A stretch of DNA of 64,000 nt, taken from positions 390 to 64,389 of the IMG/VR virus record IMGVR_UViG_3300050587_000146. One strand, given 5' to 3'. This document shows, one piece after another, positions 29,355 to 39,436 of this stretch. Position 1 is the first letter of the stretch. Each line of letters begins with the position of its first letter. The position numbers and the translations under genes were made by a program. The notes beneath the pieces were generated by a model that was given only the letters and a program-made list of their open reading frames with translations, had not been told where the DNA came from and made no database searches. The DNA is from a virus (taxonomy: Duplodnaviria > Caudoviricetes).

Positions 29355-29963
29355 ATGGTGGAAGCAATCAAAGGTATCGACAATATCAAAAAGGCGTTGG
29401 AAAAGTACAAAGGCAGTGGTAAACGGAAGTTCTTTTCGTTATCCGATGACGGAGATACCGCAAATGTACGGTTCCTGAATGGCGATGAAAACGACCTCAA
29501 TATCTATGTGGTTCACAAGGTTAAGATTGGCGACAATGAGCGTTATGTGAAATGCACCGAGGAAGAGGATTGTCCGCTGTGTCAGGCCGGGAACTATCCG
29601 CAATTAAAGATGTTCCTGTTCCTTATCGATAGACGGGACAACGAGGTCAAGATGTGGGAACGCGGAAAGACCTTCATTCCCGAGATTCTTGGATTCATTC
29701 AACGTTACGGTTCACTCAATAGCCGGGATTATGAAATCGTTCGTCATGGTAAGGCCAAGAGTCAAGATACTAAGTATCAATTATTCCCGCTTGATAAAAA
29801 GGCCGAGAAGAATCTCTCGCAGATGCCGGAAATCTGCGGTGACAATAAATTCATTTTGGTTAAAACTATCAGCGAGATGCGGGAAATTGCAAACGGAACA
29901 TACGTCTTACCCGCAGCGGGGAAAGGCAAAGATGCTGACAAAGACCCCGAGGACGTATTTTAA
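29355..29963 (+). CDS. Single-stranded DNA-binding protein (phage type)
   Basis: FFSLSDDG..VRFL, Zn-like H..C..CPLC, acidic C-terminal tail ending EDVF; precedes the polymerase. Confidence 0.65.
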   Translation: MVEAIKGIDNIKKALEKYKGSGKRKFFSLSDDGDTANVRFLNGDENDLNIYVVHKVKIGDNERYVKCTEEEDCPLCQAGNYPQLKMFLFLIDRRDNEVKMWERGKTFIPEILGFIQRYGSLNSRDYEIVRHGKAKSQDTKYQLFPLDKKAEKNLSQMPEICGDNKFILVKTISEMREIANGTYVLPAAGKGKDADKDPEDVF

Positions 29964-30133
29964 ATAAAATCCCTTTGTTCCATGCAATGAACAAATATCA
30001 CGCGCTTGAAAATACAAAGTGAATCACTCGCCGATGACGGCAAAGTATTATTGTATGAAAAATAAAGCACCTCACTCAAAAAGTGGGGTGTTTTTGTTAT
30101 ATAATGGGCGACTCATTTTCGGGGGTGGTGAAC

Positions 30134-30457
30134 GTGTACGAACAAGAAATGAAGGAAAGCAGGTCAGTCATGGTTGTTGACGTGACCGACGATGACTTAC
30201 GAATGACGGCTCAATGGTTTAGACGGAGAAATCTCAACGAGGACTTGATGACCCAGTTCTTTCGGCTAAAGGGCGGCAAGTTTGTGATGATTATCAATTC
30301 AATTTTAAGCGTTCAGCGATGGGATGAGGTAATCAAGCCGGGACTGGTTCAATTGTTCGGGCAAGATCGTTGCCGATTCGAGTCGATGGTTCCGGCAAGG
30401 CTCTTCGAGGAACTGCTTGGAGAAGGGGGCGACAACGACGATGTCGAGGAAATCTGA
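30134..30457 (+). CDS. Hypothetical protein
   Basis: After the phage promoter at 30074; overlaps the polA start. Confidence 0.5.
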   Translation: MYEQEMKESRSVMVVDVTDDDLRMTAQWFRRRNLNEDLMTQFFRLKGGKFVMIINSILSVQRWDEVIKPGLVQLFGQDRCRFESMVPARLFEELLGEGGDNDDVEEI

Positions 30458-32612
30458 CGCACTCGCCGTCAATCTGGAGCGGGAAGAGGTTAATTCTCAA
30501 GAGGTTCTGGCAAGGCTCAAGGAAAAGAAAAAAGCGGCGCAGACAGTAAAGCGGCGTCAGAACAAGATTCAAATGGCTATTGATGCCGCTCGGAGACTGG
30601 TTCAATCTGGAACGCTGGTCAATGATGGTCATCAGGTTTGTGTCATGGATAAACGACAGCTCAAAGCATACGCCGAGTTGATAAAACAAAACGGTATTTA
30701 TTGCTTAGATTTAGAGACGACGGGGCTTGATGTGTTTCATGACAAAATAGTCGGGGTTTGTCTTTACACGCCAAACCCTGATAAAAAGCGACTTTACGTG
30801 CCAGTAAATCATACAGACATTGAAAATAACCGGATTCCGGGACAGTTGACCGAGGTTGACGTTCTTGAGGTTCTGGGCGACGTGTTCGACAGTTGCAGGT
30901 TTGTCAATCATACCAACAAGTTCGACGGCAAATTCGTCAAGTATCACTTGGGGAAAAATCTCAAGCATTACTGGGACGTATGGCTCGGGGCGAAGATGCT
31001 CAATGAAAACGAAGATACTCATGAACTAAAGCCTCTTTACGCCAAATATGTCGAGCGGCGTAAGGAATGGCGGGATGCTGACAGCTTTGCAGATTTATTC
31101 GGAAAAACTATTCCCTTTAATTACATGCCGATTGACGTTGCAACGATTTACGGCGCAGATGATGCTTATAAGGCTTACTCTGTGATGGAGTTTCAACGAC
31201 AATTCCTCGATGAAAACAGCAGTAAACCTGATTTACGTGCAATCGCAAAAATATTCCATAAGCTGGAGATGCCTTTAATACCGGTATTGATTGATATGGA
31301 ATTGACCGGGGTTAAGATTGACAAGGATTACGCGAAAATTCTGGAAGATGAAATGACTGCTGATTTGAATCGGGTTGAGGACGCACTTAATGAGTTCGTT
31401 CAACGGTTCGCAGCAGAAATCGAGAGTAACTCTGAACTTTCTCGGTTGGCGGGAGTTCGTAAGGGTGAGCCGATTAAGTTGGGATTCGGTTCCCCGAAAC
31501 AGTTGTCAATCTTCTTGTTTGACATCCTTAAATGTCCCGTAACTAAGTCCGGTAAGAAAAAGAAAAAGAAGGACGGCAGTATTGTTGAGGATGATGGTCG
31601 GGGAACTGGTGAGGACGTTATTCTAAAACTCATGGATTTTCGGGCTGATTACAGGCCGTTTTTTGAGAACTTATTGAAATACCGCGAGCTTGACAAGTTG
31701 CTCGGAACATACGTCATTAAACTCCCGAAAGAGGTTTGTGATATTACAAACCGACTTCATGGTTCATTCAATCAATACGGCGCGGACACTGGTCGGTTCT
31801 CCAGCTCTGACCCGAATCTCCAGAATATCCCGAGTCACGAAAAGCGGGTACGAAGAATCTTCAAGGCCGAGGATGGTAATGTTCTCATATCGGCTGACTA
31901 TTCACAGATTGAGCCGAGGGTTCTGGCCTATGTGTCGAATGACGTGGCGATGAAAGCGGCTTACGCGGCAGGGCGTGACCTCTATTCTGATATGGCAAGT
32001 AAGATATTCAACAAGCCTTATGAGGAATGCGGTGATGGCTCCGACGAGCGTAAACGGGTAAAGGCGATTTTGCTTGGTATCATGTATGAAAAATCTCCCG
32101 AGACAATTGCCAAGGAGTTCAAACAAAAGAGTTCATGGGGCATTAAGCTCGTCAATGACTTTTATGATAGTTATCCGCTTATTAAGTTATTCAAAACAAA
32201 GACCATTCATCAGGCCGAGACTCTTGGATATGTCCAGACAGTCGAGGGTCGTAAGCGTCGTTTACCTGAAATGATGGGTGATAAAGAATCAAAGTGGTAT
32301 AATATCGCGTTTCGAAAGGTTGTGAACGCAGTCATTCAAGGCACTTCAGCGGATATTACAAAGCGGGCAATGTTATATGTCGCGCATGATAAAAGGCTCC
32401 GTGAGCTGGGATACAAGATGTTGCTGACAGTGCATGATGAATTAATTGGTGAATGTCCGCGAGAGAACGCGAAAGAGGCGGCGTTGCGTAAGAAAGAATT
32501 GATGATTCAGGCGGCTCAAGAAGTATTGAGAGGTATGCCGATTAAGGTTGACTTTGAAATTACTGAACGATGGTACGGTGAGAAATTAAATGATGAAATT
32601 CTCGCTGCTTAA
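30441..32612 (+). CDS. polA: Family A DNA polymerase (3'-5' exonuclease plus polymerase)
   Basis: Exo I DLETTGLD; motif A ADYSQIEPR; motif B RKRVKAILLGIMY; motif C VHDEL. Confidence 0.95.
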   Translation: MSRKSDALAVNLEREEVNSQEVLARLKEKKKAAQTVKRRQNKIQMAIDAARRLVQSGTLVNDGHQVCVMDKRQLKAYAELIKQNGIYCLDLETTGLDVFHDKIVGVCLYTPNPDKKRLYVPVNHTDIENNRIPGQLTEVDVLEVLGDVFDSCRFVNHTNKFDGKFVKYHLGKNLKHYWDVWLGAKMLNENEDTHELKPLYAKYVERRKEWRDADSFADLFGKTIPFNYMPIDVATIYGADDAYKAYSVMEFQRQFLDENSSKPDLRAIAKIFHKLEMPLIPVLIDMELTGVKIDKDYAKILEDEMTADLNRVEDALNEFVQRFAAEIESNSELSRLAGVRKGEPIKLGFGSPKQLSIFLFDILKCPVTKSGKKKKKKDGSIVEDDGRGTGEDVILKLMDFRADYRPFFENLLKYRELDKLLGTYVIKLPKEVCDITNRLHGSFNQYGADTGRFSSSDPNLQNIPSHEKRVRRIFKAEDGNVLISADYSQIEPRVLAYVSNDVAMKAAYAAGRDLYSDMASKIFNKPYEECGDGSDERKRVKAILLGIMYEKSPETIAKEFKQKSSWGIKLVNDFYDSYPLIKLFKTKTIHQAETLGYVQTVEGRKRRLPEMMGDKESKWYNIAFRKVVNAVIQGTSADITKRAMLYVAHDKRLRELGYKMLLTVHDELIGECPRENAKEAALRKKELMIQAAQEVLRGMPIKVDFEITERWYGEKLNDEILAA

Positions 32613-32673
32613 CTCAAGAATCGAATAACTGGTGCTATATAATGCAACGATTCTCAAAAAAGGAGGTTCTTTG

Positions 32674-33027
32674 ATGAACAAAAACCAGTTAAAAAGCGTA
32701 AAACCGAAAAACGACGTTGAAGCGATGATGGTCAACTTAATGAAAAGCAACTATATCAACATGCTTGAGCAACAACTCGATGAGTCTAAGGCCGACTGTC
32801 ATCGAATCATGTCAGTCCTGTTCAAAGCTATTAAATACGGCTATATCCGGCGTGGCGATGACGGGTTCGGGATTGCAGTCCCATTGGAGGACTTCAATCG
32901 AGTTGAAACATTACCAGACTTATCTCAAAGGGTTGACGGCGATTTTGTAATACTGTCGGTCAAACCCGAAGAAGTCAAGGAAAATCTACCGGAAGAAACG
33001 GAAAAGACAGAGGAGGGCGGGGAGTGA
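32674..33027 (+). CDS. Hypothetical protein
   Basis: AGGAGG RBS; after the phage promoter at 32612. Confidence 0.55.
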   Translation: MNKNQLKSVKPKNDVEAMMVNLMKSNYINMLEQQLDESKADCHRIMSVLFKAIKYGYIRRGDDGFGIAVPLEDFNRVETLPDLSQRVDGDFVILSVKPEEVKENLPEETEKTEEGGE

Positions 33028-33061
33028 GAAATCACTCCTCTCTTTCAGTGGGGGTGTAACG

Positions 33062-33886
33062 ATGGCTTTATCAAACCTTATCAAAACAGTAAATAAGGTT
33101 ACAAAAGAGGGTAGTAATGAGATGCCTCATGATGTTCTGTTTTTAAAAGACTTCAATGAGGCACTTATCAAGGTTGAGCAGGAACGGCAACAACCACCGC
33201 CTCCCGATGGTTATTTTCGACCGTCGTCAATGTATGGTTGTGAGAGAATGCTTTATTACATGAGGACGGGCGAGCCGATGGACGAGGAATCTCCTGACCC
33301 CGTTCTTATTGGTATTTGTGAAAGCGGTACTGATAGACATCTTCGGATTCAGCAAGTTATCGCCTATATGGACAAGTTCGGCTTACCTTGTAAGATGCTC
33401 GATGTCGAGCAAGAGGTCGAAAAGGCTCGGGCGCGGGGAATAAATTCCCAGTTCATGGGCTGGAACTCTGACCATACAGAGGCTCGGTGTAAAAATGACG
33501 ATTACCGGATTTATTTTCAACCTGATGGTATCATCCTGTATCGCAATCGAAAGTATATCCTCGAAATCAAGACCGAAAGCACTTTCGCTTTTTCAAAGCG
33601 TCATTCACCGAAGGACGACCATGAGATTCAGGCAACGTGCTATTCGGCAGGTATAGGTATTAATAATGTACTGTTCTTTTACGAGGATAGAAATTTTACG
33701 ACGAAAAAGCCTTTTATCGTATCGGTTACAGACGAAATGCGGGCGCGGGTAATGTCAAAGATTCAACGGGTTGAGAAGTACGTCGCCGCAAAAATCATCC
33801 CGCCAATGAACGAGGAAAAATGTACTTACTGCCGTTACAAAACAGCTTGCAAGCGGGATGGGGAAACGGAGGAAGTATTCTCATGA
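33062..33886 (+). CDS. Cas4-like PD-(D/E)XK exonuclease
   Basis: RPSSMYGCER, QPDG..LEIKT, QATCY, C-terminal CTYCRYKTAC. Confidence 0.8.
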   Translation: MALSNLIKTVNKVTKEGSNEMPHDVLFLKDFNEALIKVEQERQQPPPPDGYFRPSSMYGCERMLYYMRTGEPMDEESPDPVLIGICESGTDRHLRIQQVIAYMDKFGLPCKMLDVEQEVEKARARGINSQFMGWNSDHTEARCKNDDYRIYFQPDGIILYRNRKYILEIKTESTFAFSKRHSPKDDHEIQATCYSAGIGINNVLFFYEDRNFTTKKPFIVSVTDEMRARVMSKIQRVEKYVAAKIIPPMNEEKCTYCRYKTACKRDGETEEVFS

Positions 33887-34431
33887 AAAACATGGGCAAG
33901 GTTTTTGAGGACAGCTTTCGTGATAGTATTCCTTCCGAGGTATTTTTTAAGCGATTTAAGGATGACATGAGTAAATACCGGAATGTTTTTAATACTTGTG
34001 ACTTTCTCCTGTTTAATAAGCGGTCATTATTCCTGTTCGAGTTAAAAAGCGTTCAGGAGGACATGATTCCGTTCGTTAAATTGGGCGAACAGCATACTGA
34101 CGGGGTAACATACAAGCGGCTTGAAAAACTCTTTACAGAGGGTCAATGCCGGGACGTATACGCGGGGTTTTTAATTGAGTTCCGCAAATCTGGCATAGTG
34201 GTATACTTGACGGCTGACCAAGTGATTGATGTGGTCTTGGGTGGATGGTTCGAGCGGAAAAGTATCCCGCTGGCCTGGGCTGAACGAAACGGGCTAAGAA
34301 TCCCGCGTGAATTAATGCGAACTCGGTACAAGTATCCAGTTAAAAATATTTTGGATTGGGTGGTGGAGTATCATGCCAGACTCGGCAGGTGGGGCGCGGA
34401 GGCGTTCGAGGACAGTTCAACCGGGAACTGA
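33883..34431 (+). CDS. RecU-like Holliday junction resolvase
   Basis: GKVFED, CDFLL...FELKS PD-(D/E)XK pattern, GFLIEF. Confidence 0.7.
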   Translation: MKNMGKVFEDSFRDSIPSEVFFKRFKDDMSKYRNVFNTCDFLLFNKRSLFLFELKSVQEDMIPFVKLGEQHTDGVTYKRLEKLFTEGQCRDVYAGFLIEFRKSGIVVYLTADQVIDVVLGGWFERKSIPLAWAERNGLRIPRELMRTRYKYPVKNILDWVVEYHARLGRWGAEAFEDSSTGN

Positions 34432-35089
34432 TGTTCCTTTAAGTGAGGAACAGGGAGGAGTTGTCCAGCAGGAAGTTATCGAGCCGGGGGTGACTGACGC
34501 TCCGGTTCCACAAGTAAGAGTTCAAGTCGAGAGTGTCAGGTCGGCACTTTCGGGAGTTGAGGAACAGAGTGTTCTGATTAAACAAATCACTGACGAGGTT
34601 GTCGGACGTTACAGTCGCGAACTTGATGAGTTCGTTACGAATATCAAGGGTTTGTTGGACAGAATCCGGCAGGGAACTGTCGTCAATATCTCCGACAGAC
34701 AATTGGAACTCAACACAATCAAGTTACCTGTTCTTATGTATTTCGCGGGTAATGGGTTGGAACAGCTCGGTTGTGAGGGCGACGTTGCTAAGGCTCGAAG
34801 GTTGGAGGAATTCAATAATATTCTGATGCGGGTTGATGGTACGATTCCTCACAGACAGGCCGTCGCAGAAAACTCAATATTCTATCAGGCAATGGCAGAG
34901 ACGATTTACATTCGGGCATATAAACAGCTTAAAAGCAAGATGGACATGGCTGACAGGCTGTTTTCGGCTCTGAAAAAGGTATTGAGTAAGAGAATGCTCG
35001 AACTCGAACTTTCTGGCCGGGAATTACCAAATAATCCTAATTCAGCGACCGAGGACGAAAATAACGCGATGGAGGGAGAGCGGGAATGA
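34373..35089 (+). CDS. Hypothetical coiled-coil protein
   Basis: 238 aa ORF within the recombination operon. Confidence 0.5.
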   Translation: MPDSAGGARRRSRTVQPGTDVPLSEEQGGVVQQEVIEPGVTDAPVPQVRVQVESVRSALSGVEEQSVLIKQITDEVVGRYSRELDEFVTNIKGLLDRIRQGTVVNISDRQLELNTIKLPVLMYFAGNGLEQLGCEGDVAKARRLEEFNNILMRVDGTIPHRQAVAENSIFYQAMAETIYIRAYKQLKSKMDMADRLFSALKKVLSKRMLELELSGRELPNNPNSATEDENNAMEGERE

Positions 35090-35337
35090 GTAAATCAAGC
35101 GAGGTTCAAGCCTTACAAAATACCGTGACAAGTTGTATTTCAATCATCGCGGTGTTGATTGACCAATTTGGTGAACAAACCGCTGAAGGTCACAAGGTAG
35201 TAAAAATTAATCCTCTTGATATGGCAATGCTCCGTGACAGGGAGGTTGTAACAAATCAAGTTGAGAGAGGTTTGTGGGAAATTGGGTTGGTGAAAAAGAA
35301 AAAGGAGGGCGGCGAAAGTGGCAAAGGTGTCGGTTGA
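35086..35337 (+). CDS. Hypothetical protein
   Basis: Coupled ORF with GGAG RBS. Confidence 0.5.
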   Translation: MSKSSEVQALQNTVTSCISIIAVLIDQFGEQTAEGHKVVKINPLDMAMLRDREVVTNQVERGLWEIGLVKKKKEGGESGKGVG

Positions 35338-35533
35338 GGATAAATGCAAGGTTTGCGGTAAGCCGCTCGGAGAGGGCAAAGCAGTAATGATTGCTACAGT
35401 AAACCTCACAAAAGAAGGTGTTTATGGGTATCGTGTTGCAGATGGTGGACTACGCGTTAAATTTCCTGGGAAGGGTTCTCGCGTCGGGGTTCATGTTGAA
35501 TGTTTCAAAGATTATTTTGGAGGAGAGGGTTGA
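35318..35533 (+). CDS. Hypothetical small Zn-binding protein
   Basis: CKVC...HVEC. Confidence 0.5.
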   Translation: MAKVSVEDKCKVCGKPLGEGKAVMIATVNLTKEGVYGYRVADGGLRVKFPGKGSRVGVHVECFKDYFGGEG

Positions 35534-35920
35534 ATGAACGGTATAATCACGATTGGTAATAGAATACCGAAAAGTTTGAACGAAAAAGAGGCGTTCCGCG
35601 TAAGTCAGGACGTTCTCCTACAGGCAAATGAGGACTTACGAATGAGAGTAACAGGACTGCAAAGAGTGGTCTGCGCTCTGGTGAACAAATTCGGGGAAGA
35701 AAGACCCGAGGGCGGCAAAATGGTGTCGTTGCATATGATTAACGACTTGGAACTGCCGCGAGAGACTGAATTGGTTACACTGGGCGATAAAATCTATTAC
35801 AACATTATTGTGACGGGGGCTGATGGTAATGGACGCGCAAGTTCTGGCGGCGATACAGGCAATCAACAAGAAGGCGAAAAAGGAGTTGATTGTTTTAGGG
35901 AATCAACTTCCTCCAATTGA
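35534..35920 (+). CDS. Hypothetical protein
   Basis: GGAGG RBS; 3' end overlaps recA. Confidence 0.45.
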   Translation: MNGIITIGNRIPKSLNEKEAFRVSQDVLLQANEDLRMRVTGLQRVVCALVNKFGEERPEGGKMVSLHMINDLELPRETELVTLGDKIYYNIIVTGADGNGRASSGGDTGNQQEGEKGVDCFRESTSSN

Positions 35921-36866
35921 GCGGATTCCTTTCAGTTCTCCTAAAATGAACTATCTGACGCGGGGCGGTATGCCTCGCGGTCGGATGGTTGAGTTCGTGG
36001 GGATGGAGTCCTCCGGTAAGACAACAACGACTCTCGACCTGATTGCTCAATGTCAGGAGGCCGGGGGTAGGGCATTTTTTGTTGATGCGGAGAATACTCT
36101 TGACGAGGACTGGGCAAAAAAACTCGGGGTTGATGTGGACAATCTGGTGTTGATTAAACCGACGCATGGCGAGTCAGCGGAGGAAATCCTTCAGGCCGTC
36201 ATTGACTTGGTTTCAACAGGGTTGTTCTCGATGGGCGCGGTTGATAGTATACCGTTTCTGGTTCCGAAAGCGGTTATTGAAGGGACGATGGATGACAAAT
36301 CATACTGCGGAAACTCGGGAACGCTTACCCAGTTTGTTAATAAAATTAATGGGCTGTTAGCAAAGACAGGCACTTTGCTGGTTATGATTAATCAACTCCG
36401 CGATAAAATTGGAGCAACATACGTTGCGTATAACACTCCAGGTGGGCGGGCTTTAAAACATGCCTATTCATTCCGTTTGTTCTTTACTAAAGGCCGATTC
36501 ATTAACGAAGATTGCAAAGAGCTTACAAACCAATGCGAGACGGCTCAAGGCAATATTGTCGAGGTTAAGGTCGAAAAGAATAAGGTCTGTAAACCAGATC
36601 GGCGGCTCGGTCAGTATACGCTCAAATACGATACGGGAATTGACGTTTACAATGATACGATTGAAATGGGCATTCAGCTTAAAACCGGAATCTATCTCGG
36701 TGGGTCATGGTATTACATAATTAATGCTGACGGCGAGCCGATGAAGGACGGCGAAAATGAACTGAAGTTCCAAGGTAAGGCAAAATTGCTGGAGCGGCTC
36801 GGGGCTGATGATATTCTGTTTCGTGATGTTTATGACAGGGTATGCGCGGCAGCGGCAGTAGATTGA
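35823..36866 (+). CDS. recA: RecA recombinase
   Basis: Walker A GMESSGKTT, VDAENTLD, VDSI, INQLRDKIG, TPGGRALK, KVEKNKV. Confidence 0.95.
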   Translation: MVMDAQVLAAIQAINKKAKKELIVLGNQLPPIERIPFSSPKMNYLTRGGMPRGRMVEFVGMESSGKTTTTLDLIAQCQEAGGRAFFVDAENTLDEDWAKKLGVDVDNLVLIKPTHGESAEEILQAVIDLVSTGLFSMGAVDSIPFLVPKAVIEGTMDDKSYCGNSGTLTQFVNKINGLLAKTGTLLVMINQLRDKIGATYVAYNTPGGRALKHAYSFRLFFTKGRFINEDCKELTNQCETAQGNIVEVKVEKNKVCKPDRRLGQYTLKYDTGIDVYNDTIEMGIQLKTGIYLGGSWYYIINADGEPMKDGENELKFQGKAKLLERLGADDILFRDVYDRVCAAAAVD

Positions 36867-36903
36867 GGGGTGCTTTGGCACTCCTTTGTTTCCATAATTC
36901 GCC

Positions 36904-36933
36904 TTGACAATATGAATATTATATGGTAATATT
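36904..36933 (+). promoter_or_regulatory. SigmaA-like promoter with perfect operator
   Basis: TTGACA-17 bp-TAATAT; AATATTA-TATGG-TAATATT at 36915-36933. Confidence 0.8.
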
Positions 36934-36952
36934 TAATTGTGGGGTGAGTGAA

Positions 36953-37144
36953 ATGCAATCAAAGCGATTGATTAAAACAGGGGAAACGGCTCCGACGTAT
37001 CAAGAGTTCATCAATAACATTGCCAAAGATTTTGAGAAAAAGCTCAATTTTACTCCCGAAAAGGCTCGGGAACAAGCAGAAGCAGTTGCAAGCATGTATA
37101 AACATACTTTTGCCGAATATAGAGAGGAGGAAGTTCAATGTTAA
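36953..37144 (+). CDS. Hypothetical protein
   Basis: GGGGTG RBS after the promoter. Confidence 0.5.
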   Translation: MQSKRLIKTGETAPTYQEFINNIAKDFEKKLNFTPEKAREQAEAVASMYKHTFAEYREEEVQC

Positions 37145-37578
37145 ATTACTCAAAGGTTTACAAGCATATCAAGGCTGATGTGGTTGAGGCTTTCAAACTA
37201 TTAATGCCGGACATATGGCATACTGACCCCGAAACTCAAGAACGGATGATGAAAGAATGGTTGGATAAAGCCTCCGAGATTTATGGGGTTGAGAGTCCTA
37301 AGTTCGAATTTCGGAATGATGATGAAGATGGTTACGTGGCGACGGGTGGCGGGTGTTACAATCCAGACGAGAACAAAATTACTATCTTTAAAAAAGCCAG
37401 TGTCGTCTCTTTGGCGCATGAGTTCAGGCATATGTTACAGTATAAGAAAGAGGACTTGAAACTGTTTAAGGAGGACAAAGAACATGATACAAGGGCGTGG
37501 TCAGTATCTCTCTTTAGGAAAGCAAACCCAGCCGCCTACAGGCGAGCAGTTAATCGCGGAATACTTCACTTCGACTAA
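37138..37578 (+). CDS. Zincin-like (HExxH) metallopeptidase-domain protein
   Basis: GGCYNP...LAHEFRH. Confidence 0.6.
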   Translation: MLNYSKVYKHIKADVVEAFKLLMPDIWHTDPETQERMMKEWLDKASEIYGVESPKFEFRNDDEDGYVATGGGCYNPDENKITIFKKASVVSLAHEFRHMLQYKKEDLKLFKEDKEHDTRAWSVSLFRKANPAAYRRAVNRGILHFD

Positions 37579-37597
37579 GAGAAAAGAGGCGAAAGAA

Positions 37598-38482
37598 ATG
37601 GAACGCAAATTTTTATATTTCGCTTATGGTTCAAATCTCAATACTGCTCGGATGTTCGACAGATGTGAGAATGCTCAATTGAAATCAAAGGCGATTTTGG
37701 AGAATTACAGATTGGTGTTTCTAAAGAATGACAAAGAACGGGCAGTTGCAAACATATTACCGGCAGAGGGAAAGGTTGTTCATGGAGCGTTGTACAAAGT
37801 TAGTGCGTTGGACGTTGCCGAGTTGGACAAGTTCGAGGGTCATCCAAGGTTATACTGCCGGGAATGGGTTGAGGTAAAACTTAAAAGCGGCGCGACGGTC
37901 AAGGCTTTTACTTACATGATGGTTGATAGTGACAAGCGACAGTTCGGGACTCCTTCAAGAGATTATTTCAATCATTTATTTAAGGGTTATACTCAATGGG
38001 GTTTACCAAAGGCAAGTTTAATGAACGCATTGGAAAGGGTGGTCAAAGTGGAAGAAAATCCGAATTTACACAGTGTTTTCGTTTACGGCTCATTGCTTAA
38101 AGGGTTCTGGAATCATGAGCGGTGTTTGAGTGAGGTTCCATGTAAAGGCGAGGCGATTCTTAAAGGGAATTATGACCTGTATCATCTTCCAGTTGGTTAT
38201 CCGGCTCTGGTGGAGGGCAACAAGGAAAACTGTATTATTGGTGAGGTTTACAGCGTGAACAGTGATGAACTGGCGCGGCTGGACATGCTCGAAGGGTATC
38301 ACAAAGACCGTCCTGGTTACTCGATGTATCGGCGGGAAACGGTTCAAGTCGAATTGGAAAACGGAAAGGTTGTCAACTCGTTCGTATATATCTATCAACT
38401 TAAATTAGCAACAGGGGCAGAATTAGTAAAAAACGGTGATTGGAGAGAGTTCATGAGAGAGAGAGAAATACCCGCCACTTGA
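37598..38482 (+). CDS. Tandem gamma-glutamylcyclotransferase (GGCT/AIG2-like) protein
   Basis: Two domains: YFAYGSNL...LDKFEG and VFVYGSLL...LDMLEG. Confidence 0.85.
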   Translation: MERKFLYFAYGSNLNTARMFDRCENAQLKSKAILENYRLVFLKNDKERAVANILPAEGKVVHGALYKVSALDVAELDKFEGHPRLYCREWVEVKLKSGATVKAFTYMMVDSDKRQFGTPSRDYFNHLFKGYTQWGLPKASLMNALERVVKVEENPNLHSVFVYGSLLKGFWNHERCLSEVPCKGEAILKGNYDLYHLPVGYPALVEGNKENCIIGEVYSVNSDELARLDMLEGYHKDRPGYSMYRRETVQVELENGKVVNSFVYIYQLKLATGAELVKNGDWREFMREREIPAT

Positions 38483-38541
38483 GCCGGAAGAGAAAGAGGA
38501 TGTAAGTTCATTCTAAGAGGCGAAAAGCCTCTTTTTTTACA

Positions 38542-38571
38542 TTGACTTATCGAATATTATATGGTAATATT
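38542..38571 (+). promoter_or_regulatory. SigmaA-like promoter with perfect operator
   Basis: TTGACT-17 bp-TAATAT; operator at 38553-38571; preceded by terminator AAGAGGC-GAAA-AGCCTCTT. Confidence 0.8.
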
Positions 38572-38581
38572 AAATTGAGGG

Positions 38582-39352
38582 GTGAGAAAAATGACACTGA
38601 AAATGATATTAAGCGGAAATACATACGATGTCAAAGAGGCTTTGAAAGTCCCGCCTCACAAGTTTGATTATAATCCTCAATTTAAAAACTGGAGTCGAAC
38701 GGTTGAATCTATTGATGACGGTGTTTCCCTTCTGGCTCCGATTGAAGAGAAATTGACCGAGGCCGGGGTTCGAGTGGCGGCATTTAAGAGCGTTAACGGG
38801 CTTGACCGCTTGGTATGGTGGAAAGACTTCGGGCGTGTTCGTGAGAATCGCGGTAATGAGGACGAAGGAGTTCCAGTTCCGTCTGTTCCGACAGTTCCGA
38901 ATGATTTATCAATCGGTCAGGTAATAACGGGGGCGCAAACCGGGAGAATTAGTTCTGGAAGTGTCAGCAGTCAACCAGCGAGCCGGGAAAGGGTCATTAG
39001 GATTCCTCAATGGTTAGCTCGGGAACTCGGCGTTGCGACTGCGATACGCGGAGAGATTACCGAAGAGGCTCGGCGGGATGTTTCATTAAGGGGTAATAAT
39101 TATAATGCTCAATACATTCACGTTTTAGGTCATAACGAGGTCGGGAATACTGACAGATGTCATAGATGTCATAGACCGTTAACGCATCCAGTTTCGCGGG
39201 TTGTTGGATACGGGCCAGAATGTTGTGAGGCTTTGGGAATCAGCAGACGAGTTGACATGAACGACCTGAACAACGTGGAACTGTTGGACAGGCTGATTCG
39301 GGAACAACGGGTTGACGTTTGGATTCCGAGAAGGTACTGCGCGGTAAGGTAA
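38582..39352 (+). CDS. Hypothetical protein with C-terminal DUF6011-like Zn motif
   Basis: CHRCHRPLTHPVSRVVGYGPEC. Confidence 0.6.
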   Translation: MRKMTLKMILSGNTYDVKEALKVPPHKFDYNPQFKNWSRTVESIDDGVSLLAPIEEKLTEAGVRVAAFKSVNGLDRLVWWKDFGRVRENRGNEDEGVPVPSVPTVPNDLSIGQVITGAQTGRISSGSVSSQPASRERVIRIPQWLARELGVATAIRGEITEEARRDVSLRGNNYNAQYIHVLGHNEVGNTDRCHRCHRPLTHPVSRVVGYGPECCEALGISRRVDMNDLNNVELLDRLIREQRVDVWIPRRYCAVR

Positions 39353-39436
39353 AATAACGAATTAAAATAATTTAGCTGGCAGAACTCAATTCTGTCAGCT
39401 TTTTTATTATATAATGCTCCGACTGGGGGTGAACTT

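Noticed and set aside
33062-33886. CRISPR-Cas association of the Cas4-like gene
   Set aside because: No repeat-spacer array or other cas gene seen; the context is phage recombination
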